Source: Podarcis bocagei
Lineage: Eukaryota
Direction: 5' to 3' (one strand)
Assembly (NCBI GenBank): GCA_964188305.1
Contig: OZ076898.1
DNA: 64,000 nucleotides
In this document: piece by piece, positions 56,801 to 64,000 of the stretch
Layout: each line of letters opens with the position of its first letter
How positions within the stretch are numbered: the first letter of the stretch is position 1
The notes under the pieces: generated by a model
The model's input: the letters and a program-made list of their open reading frames with translations, nothing else
The model's database searches: none
What the model was told of the DNA's origin: nothing
Translations under genes and position numbers: made by a program

Positions 56801-57374
56801 CTGTTACCCTGTTTTATCTCACATTAATAACCAAAAAAATTGAGCCTGATTTTCAGGAAAGAAAGATGTGACTTACGGTTATTGCAGCTTGGTCTAAAAT
56901 TCAGGTCCTGTGACAGCAAGAGGAGCCTGGGATCTAAGGAGTGATGCCTGGCAAATCAGGGGGCTGGTGGGAAAGTACCTAATGGTACTTGGGAGGGGCA
57001 TAAGGTGGCATCTAAGGCTGCCAGGGCAGAGCCAGCTGATGAACATGGTGAGCCATGAAATTGCTAGAGTGATGTAACATTAAAGTGTGTGGACTACATT
57101 TTTACAACTACAACTCTTTTTATGAGTGGAATTATGGGCCCATGTTTTACTATGCACTTAATTAAAAGTTTTTCAGCGAGCTCTGGGTCATGAGATCACC
57201 ATCTCTGCTGTAGGTGATACCCATTCAGATTTCCTTGAGCATTCCCTCCTTCCCTGTCCTTCTATAGTGACCTGTTTGCCACCTGTCTCTTCCTGAATTG
57301 AAGGAGGTCAGAGGCCACCTTGAGGTCCACTATAGAAGAAACGTCTGCTGTCAGGGGCACTAATGCCTCCGAAT

Positions 57375-57717
57375 CATAGGCGCCGACTCCATGGGGCCTG
57401 AGGGGGCCCGAGCCCCCTCAAAAATTCGTTTGGGGGGGCTCCGCCCCCCCAATAATCTCGGGCGCCCCTCCAGCAGAGCGCCGCCGCCGCCCCTCCCCCA
57501 GCCCAAAATGCACAGGGTCGGGCTGCATGCCTCCTGCCCTCCCTCCCGAGCAAAAGCTCCACCCAGTTTCCTTCGGAGCTGATTAATAGGCGCAGCACGC
57601 TCTCCCCTATTCGCTCACGAGGAGGCGGCGCCACTTTATCTGCATATTCATGAGCTTATTTATTATTCATGAGCTTTCGCGGGCTCCCCCAATATTTTTT
57701 ATAAGTCGGCGCCCCTG
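57375..57717. mobile_element. GC-rich hAT-type MITE
   Basis: TIR cataggcgccgact/agtcggcgcccctg; perfect 8-bp TSD CTCCGAAT. Confidence 0.9.
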
Positions 57718-57734
57718 CTCCGAATACCAGCTGC

Positions 57735-57884
57735 TGGAGGAAAGAAACCACAGGTGGAAAGAGCTGCTCTTGGGTTCAGGTCCTGCTCTGAGCTTCCCCC
57801 AGGCATCTGACTGGCCACTGTGAGAACAGGGTGCTAGACTAGATGGGCCATTGGCGTGATCCATCAGTGCCCTTCTTATGTTCT
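57735..57884 (+). mobile_element. CR1-like 3' end (inverted copies at 6297-6460 and about 27935-28040)
   Basis: ctagactagatgggccattgg...cttcttatgttct terminus shared among the copies. Confidence 0.65.
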
Positions 57885-58285
57885 TTCAAGATATAAAAGG
57901 ACTAAATAATACCCATAACCTGTGTCTAGCACCTCCTTCCCTCTGATCCATCAATAAAATATAGATCCAGTGCTTGCTAGTACCACAAAAACATTCAGCC
58001 AAGGCACAATTCCTCATGATTTTTCCACGTGACTACAAATAACAGAACACATATGTGGATACAGAGGTGACCTGTGATTTGATTGTGCTTTTGAGGGGAT
58101 CCCTTGTAAAAAAAATTAAGATGAAGGTCCATAGCAGTCCTGGAAGGCAATGAATCTATAGTGGTTATGGTTCAGTCACCGAGGAGAGATATGAACTTTG
58201 ATTTGATGGTGAGTTGTGGGAGGGTGGCAGGGATCTGTGAGGGAAGAAATGCAGTTTCAGTAGGAATTGTTTTGTTGGATCCATC

Positions 58286-58289
<4 letters not shown>

Positions 58290-58332
<43 letters not shown>
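58290..58332. repeat. (CT)n microsatellite
   Basis: Read directly. Confidence 0.97.
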
Positions 58333-58334
<2 letters not shown>

Positions 58335-60185
58335 GGAAAATGAAGTGACTAAGTTTCCATTCACATTTTCTATCCTTCCGCTGTCACCCCCTCTCTTCTC
58401 CCGCCTTCTGTGATGCTCCATTTTTCTGCTCAGCTGCCAATGTGAGTCCTTGAAAAACACATGGAGGTGGAACAAGGAAACAGCATCCCTCTTCCAATTT
58501 CCTCCTTCACCTCAATGTGCTTTTAAAATGGGGGGGGGCAGGGAAGGAAACCACCCCAGTACAAAGGGGCCGGTGAGAAGGAGGCACAAAGGCTTTGTGG
58601 GCTTCATGTTGCCACCCCCAGATGGAACTATCACTTATTTATTATTTATTAAATTTGTATACCGCCCTTCATCCAAAGGTCTCGGGGTGGTTCATAGCAT
58701 AAAAATATAGAATACGCAATAAAAACAAGAACATTTTTTTTTAAATGACACACACACCCCAAACACAGTTAAAAGGATTTGTATAGAAGAACATATTTCT
58801 TAACTGATCATGAAATGTGGGCCAGTGTCTCCACTGTCACAAGCTAATTGTCACCAAAATAAAGACCAGCAGTTAGACTTTGAGCATAACTATAATTCAT
58901 CCACTCTCCCCCACAAAAGAAACAATTCAAGCCACAATTGTACCTCTCAACATCTAGGTAGTTGGGTGGGTTGAGTAATTTACCCCATAAAAGGGGGCTT
59001 CTAAGCTGGCCCAGCCCAATAAAGAGAAATTTGTGAGAGGGAGGATGAAGAGGTTGGATGGTTGGCACCTGTCTGTCTCAAGAGACAATGGAGTGCACAT
59101 CAAGGGGTGAGGTCAAAAGTGAGCTCCCTGGAGAACAAGCTGGGCAGCGTGTATGGAGCTCCTGGGCTGCCCAGATGACAAGATCATCTCAGCCTCGCTG
59201 ACGTGGTCCAAAGGCAAGACGCTTGGCTGCAGGAGTTGCTGGAAGGAGCCATACAAGGTGCCATCTAATTGTCTTAGGGGCTCCACTCCGGATTTGTGTA
59301 GGGTTTACTCCTTCGGCTTTTCTTCTCCCAGAGATATCCCGCAAGTCAGCGGGGGAAGAGGAGACATGTCATAAAGATGGCTGTGGAAGGATGTTGGGGA
59401 GTCTGGAGTGGGGGAGAATGCTGCAACATGCCAGAACAGAGCCTAGAATGTGCAGGAACAGGCATGATTTTAACACTAAAACCCGTAATTAAGATTAAAA
59501 ATAGGATCCCAATGCCTGGTCATTATCCTAGTGGGTGGGAGAAGTCATGTGGCAGAGAGAAGCCTCACCCTAAACATACCACTTTATCATCCACCTACTG
59601 TCTTGTCTTTGTGTGGAAGTGTGTTGGGGGAGAGTAGCTGTGTATTTGTTTCACACCATTGTGTTTCCCTCTGCATCTGTGCATTTTTGTCAGGGTGATC
59701 AGAAGGGATGTTTGTGTGTAGAATTCACATTAAATTTCTGCAGTGGAACAGTTAGTACCAGCCAACTTTCCCATGAGTGGTGATCCAGATCTGTTGATGT
59801 CCTAACCTGATCTACCAATTTGTGATGCACTTATTTTATGAATATAATTTTATTGTTGATTCTAAGCTGTTTGCTGCCATATTTTTTCTTAATGTTGGTC
59901 ATCTATAAGAAGGATGGAATCAGCCAACATGTCACAAAGTGTGGCAAGATTTTGAGTTCTCTAGAACTCTTAAACAGACAAGTTGTTATACAAAGCAGGG
60001 GGTGAGTAAGATGAGACAAAAACCCCAAAAATACAAAAGTTAAGCTGATCATGTAGCCATGAGGTCAGCAGAAAATTTTTGTACTTTGGTTCCAGTAGTA
60101 GATAGGTAGCCATGTTGGTCTGCCATAGTCAAAATAAAAAAATTCCTTCCAGTAGCACCTTAAAGACCAACTAAGTTAGTTCTTG

Positions 60186-60223
60186 GTATGAGCTTTCGTG
60201 TGCATGCACACTTCTTCAGATAC
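60186..60223 (-). ncRNA. Minimal type-I hammerhead ribozyme (left Penelope arm)
   Basis: GTAT-CTGAAGA-A-GTGTGCATGCACAC-GAAA-GCTC^ATAC on the minus strand. Confidence 0.8.
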
Positions 60224-60402
60224 ACTGAAACAGAAGTTGCCAGAACCTTCTATATAGTGAGAAGGTGGGGAGGGGTGTTACTCAGAAGGGTGGTGGGAAT
60301 GGGGGATAGGCAGATAGCTGAGAGAGCCTGTTGACGACTCTTAACGACTGTAATAGGTCTTACAGGAAGAGGCAAGGGGTGAGAAGGTGAGAAATGGTTT
60401 AG

Positions 60403-61763
60403 TCATGTATAGTGAGATAAGAATCCAATGTCTTTGTTCAGCCCAGGTCTTTCCATGGTTTTAAGTTTGGTAATGAGTTGTAATTCAGCAGCTTCTCTTT
60501 CCAGTCTATTTCTGAAATTCCTTTGTAGTAAAACAGCTACTTTGAGATCTTGTATAGAATGTCCTGGGAGATTGAAGTGTTCTCCTACTGGTTTCTCTGT
60601 TTTGTGATTCTTGATGTCAGATTTATGTCCATTTATTCTTTGGCGTAAGGTTTGGCCTGTTTGTCCAATATAGAGAGCTGAAGGACACTGTTGGCATTTG
60701 ATGGCATACACAATGTTAGACGATGAGCAATTAAATAGTCCCGAGATGGTATGTGTGATGTTGTTGGGGCCAGTAATAGTGTTGTCCGGGTGTATGTGGC
60801 AGCAAAGTTGGCATCTGGGTTTATTGCAGGCTCTGGTGCCAGTGTCTGTGTTAAGTCTGGTTGTAGTATTATTGTGGGTTAGGAGTTGTTTAAGATTGGG
60901 TGGCTGTCTGTAGGCAATGAAAGGTCTTCCTCCCAGAGCTTGAGAAAGAGAACTGTCATTGTCCAGGAGAGGTTGTAGATCTCTGATGATGCGTTGTACT
61001 GTTTTAACTTGGGAGCTGTATGTGATGACTAGAGGTGTTCTGTTATTTTCTTTTTTGGGTCTGTCTTGCAGCAAGTTCTCTCTGGGTATCAGTCTGGCTC
61101 TGTTGATCTGTTGTCTAACTTCATCTGCTGGGTATTTTAGTTCTGAGAAGGTTTGCTGTAGATCTCTTGGGTGAGAGTCTCTGTCTGTAGAATTGGAACA
61201 GATGCGGCTGTAACGTAGTGCCTGGCTATATACAATGGCCTGTTTGGTATGTTTGGGATGGTAGCTAGAGGCATGTAGATATGTTTGTCGGTCAGTTGGT
61301 TTGCGGTATAAGGTGGTGTCTATGCGCCCATCCTGTATTTTTATAGTAGTGTCCAAAAAATGTATTTCTTGCATAGATTGATTCATTGTAAGGTTGATTG
61401 TGGGGTGAAAATCATTAAATTTCTGGTGAAAGGTGTCCAGGGTCTGTTGACCATGTGTCCAGATGATAAAAATATCGTCAATGTATCGCAGGTACAAGAG
61501 AGGTTTGAGTGGGTAGGAGTTCAGGAAACGTTGTTCTAAATCTGCCATGAAGATGTTGGCATACTGTGGGGCCATGCGGGTGCCCATTGCTGTGCCGCTG
61601 ATCTGAAGGAACAGGTCATCACCGAATTTGAAGTTGTTGTGGGTAAGGACAAATTGGCAGAGTTTGGTGGCAAGGTCCGCTATAGTTTTATCTGAAATGG
61701 TGTTCCTTATAGCTTGTAAACCATCGTTGTGTGGGATGTTGGTATACAGAGATTCCACATCCA
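60403..61763 (-). CDS. Penelope RT, Cys-rich linker and GIY-YIG endonuclease (5'-truncated, uninterrupted frame)
   Basis: RT motifs DVESLYTNIP, GTAMGTRMAP and YLRYIDD; linker CNKPRCQLC; GIY-YIG NIVYAIKC...LYIGQT...R...E...GLN. No native start codon. Confidence 0.92.
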
Positions 61764-62175
61764 GAGAGAACTTGCTGCAAGACATCAAGAATCACAAAAC
61801 AGAGAAACCAGTAGGAGAACACTTCAATCTCCCAGGACATTCTATACAAGATCTCAAAGTAGCTGTTTTACTACAAAGGAATTTCAGAAATAGACTGGAA
61901 AGAGAAGCTGCTGAATTACAACTCATTACCAAACTTAAAACCATGGAAAGACCTGGGCTGAACAAAGACATTGGATTCTTATCTCACTATACATGACTAA
62001 ACCATTTCTCACCTTCTCACCCCTTGCCTCTTCCTGTAAGACCTATTACAGTCGTTAAGAGTCGTCAACAGGCTCTCTCAGCTATCTGCCTATCCCCCAT
62101 TCCCACCACCCTTCTGAGTAACACCCCTCCCCACCTTCTCACTGTATAGAAGGTTCTGGCAACTTCTGTTTCAGT

Positions 62176-62213
62176 GTATCTGAAGAAGTGTGCATGCACA
62201 CGAAAGCTCATAC
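62176..62213 (+). ncRNA. Minimal type-I hammerhead ribozyme (right Penelope arm)
   Basis: Helix I gtat/atac, core CTGAAGA, palindromic helix II, GAAA, palindromic helix III AGCT; predicted cleavage after C62209. Confidence 0.8.
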
Positions 62214-62289
62214 CAAGAACTAACTTAGTTGGTCTTTAAGGTGCTACTGGAAGGAATTTTTTTATTTTGTACTTTGGGTTGTTGTTGTT

Positions 62290-62505
62290 TTTTAAATTTA
62301 CTTATTGCATCTATATCCCACTTTTATTTGCTCAAGAAGCTCAGGGTGGCATATATGATACTCTCCTCCCCCCCCCCCCAGTTAATCCCTACAACAGCCC
62401 TGTGAGGTAGGCTAGGTTGAGAGGTAGTGATTGGCCTAAAGTCACCCAGTGAGCTTCATGGCAGAGTGGGGATTTGAACTGTGATCTCCTAGTCCGACAC
62501 TCTAC
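62290..62505 (-). mobile_element. CORE/MIR-like SINE (related copies near 10015-10160, 11385-11510, 43210-43355)
   Basis: acaacagccctgtgaggtagg...gtcacccag...ggatttgaac pattern. Confidence 0.6.
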
Positions 62506-63037
62506 ATAGCTGATGAAGAGTTCTGGAGAACTTTGTGACAAGTTGGTTAGTCTCAATCTTTATTGACCAAAATATAGCAAAAAGCAGCAAGCTTTCAAGT
62601 ATCGCTAAATGTGGATTTTGGAGTTTGGTGTGCAATCTCCACCTTGAAATTTAGTCTACAAACTACCAGTAATCTGATTTCTACAACATCCAACTTAATT
62701 TCTGTACTTTTCCTTTTCCTAGACCACCCCAATCTCACCTCTGCTTTATGAAATAGTTTGCCTAATGAAGAACTCAGGAACAGTGCTTGCTAGTATTTCA
62801 TGACATTTTGGTCAGCTTTAATAAACTTACTGCCCAGCTGTGGATCTCGCAGTTTCATCACAATTGTGATCTGCTCCCTGTCCCTGAAGGGGATGAGATT
62901 GGCAGTGTCATGTTCCTTTCTCAGTGGCCACTCCAAAACTGTGGAATGATCTACCAACTGAGCTACATCTTGCCTTAATGTTATACAGTACTCATTTAAG
63001 AGGACAGTGAAGATGTACCTCTTAAGGACACATGAAG

Positions 63038-63127
63038 CATAGCTGTCAACGTTTCCCTTTTTTAAAGGGAAATTCCCTTATTCCGAATAGGATTCCTTGC
63101 AAGAAATGGGAAAAGTTGACAGCTACG
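63038..63127. mobile_element. 90-bp hAT-type MITE
   Basis: TIR catagctgtcaac/gttgacagctacg; perfect TSD ACATGAAG. Confidence 0.88.
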
Positions 63128-63889
63128 ACATGAAGAGGCCTTCTTCATATGCACCATGAATAAGGAGGCAGTGATGGGAATGGCTTTCTCTGAGGAATGT
63201 CATCATTCCCCATCACACCTTCACCATTCTGCGAAAAGCTTCACCTGTTGCATCTATGTAAAATCACTGTTCCTCAGCCACTGGGCTTGACATTTCACCA
63301 GGGCAGAAAACACCACTGGAGAAAGTGGAGAGTGTGTTTGTGGAGAGGACCTAGATAACACGAAGCAAGTGTACAGGTAGCAGAGGCTTAGGGGATCGAG
63401 TGGGCAGAAGCTGAACCCATCACTCCTGGGTGCACTGTGTGGTGGGAGAAGGCAGAGCTGGGGCTAAGCCCGGGTGGTGAAGGACTTGGAGGAGCGCAGG
63501 AAAACAAACGGGGTTCCTGGTCCTGAGTTCGCTGGACAGGACTGGCTTAACTTCTTGCAGCTCTTTACTCGCGTCTGTTTTCATGGAAGCTGAGCCTCGC
63601 TGAAGTCCGTGGACGTAACTTCGTCCCAGCAAAAGTACGCGAAGGGTTTCACGTACTCGGGGAGGAGAGGGGAGCCACAATCTTCTCTCTTCGCGCCCCG
63701 CAGAGCTTAGGGATGATGGGAGTTGTAGTCCAACAACATCTGGGGACCCACAGGTTGAGAAAGGCTGCTCTAAAGGCTCGTGTGCAGCCGGGGGGGTCCT
63801 GCATACAAGATACATAAATCATACGTGTATTTACATATGCATGCATTAATTGCATCGCTTCCTGCAATGCTTCCCAAATGCTGAGCGCA

Positions 63890-64000
63890 GATTCAGGGGC
63901 TGCGCCAAGTTCTGGAGAGGAGGCGGTGGAGGGAAGGGAGGCGAGGCAGGGTCTCCGTGGGTCGCGGAGGCGAGCGCCCTCGCCCGGGGGGGGGGGCAGG
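63890..64000. promoter_or_regulatory. Edge of another CpG island
   Basis: GC/CpG content rises sharply at the window end. Confidence 0.4.

Larger units (their letters stand above)
60090..62269 (-). mobile_element. Penelope-like retroelement (Neptune type), 5'-truncated, with inverted terminal arms
   Basis: RT plus GIY-YIG ORF; 60130-60618 repeated in inverted orientation at 61781-62269; TSD ttttgtactttgg at 60077-60089 and 62265-62277. Confidence 0.93.

Noticed and set aside
59055-59375. Possible RTE-type LINE 5'UTR fragment
   Set aside because: Resemblance is from memory only; no ORF or boundaries to support a call.
61764-61788. Apparent start MMSCSKFSL of the 461-aa Penelope ORF
   Set aside because: Derived from the inverted arm read backwards; the true ORF is 5'-truncated.
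63420-63584. Short minus-strand ORF MKTDASKELQEVK...
   Set aside because: No recognisable homology or exon structure.

Overview
Vertebrate genomic DNA, most likely a squamate reptile (lizard-like repeat content: BovB, CR1, L1, Penelope, hAT/Tc1 MITEs; the species is an inference). Three multi-exon genes lie head-to-tail on the minus strand in the order known from human 19q13.4: CCDC106 (5 coding exons, 52741-48511, 326 aa), U2AF2/U2AF65 (12 coding exons, 44398-25791, 466 aa with a 30-nt exon 3) and the 5' part of EPN1 (ENTH domain and first UIM, 9094-1083, continuing beyond the window start). Each gene has a CpG-rich promoter region. Exon boundaries were read by hand and have GT-AG ends with consistent phases. 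Main findings: (1) an ORF-less Penelope-type insert with three hammerhead ribozyme cores and a perfect 250-bp palindrome inside U2AF2 intron 3; (2) candidate unproductive (poison) exons in U2AF2, including a CpG-rich frameshifting exon whose 3' splice site could sense U2AF65 levels; (3) a very young Neptune-type Penelope element with RT, GIY-YIG, inverted ribozyme-bearing ends and a double template-switch junction. There is a 172-N assembly gap at 26080-26251. No database searches were run, so family names rest on recalled motifs.
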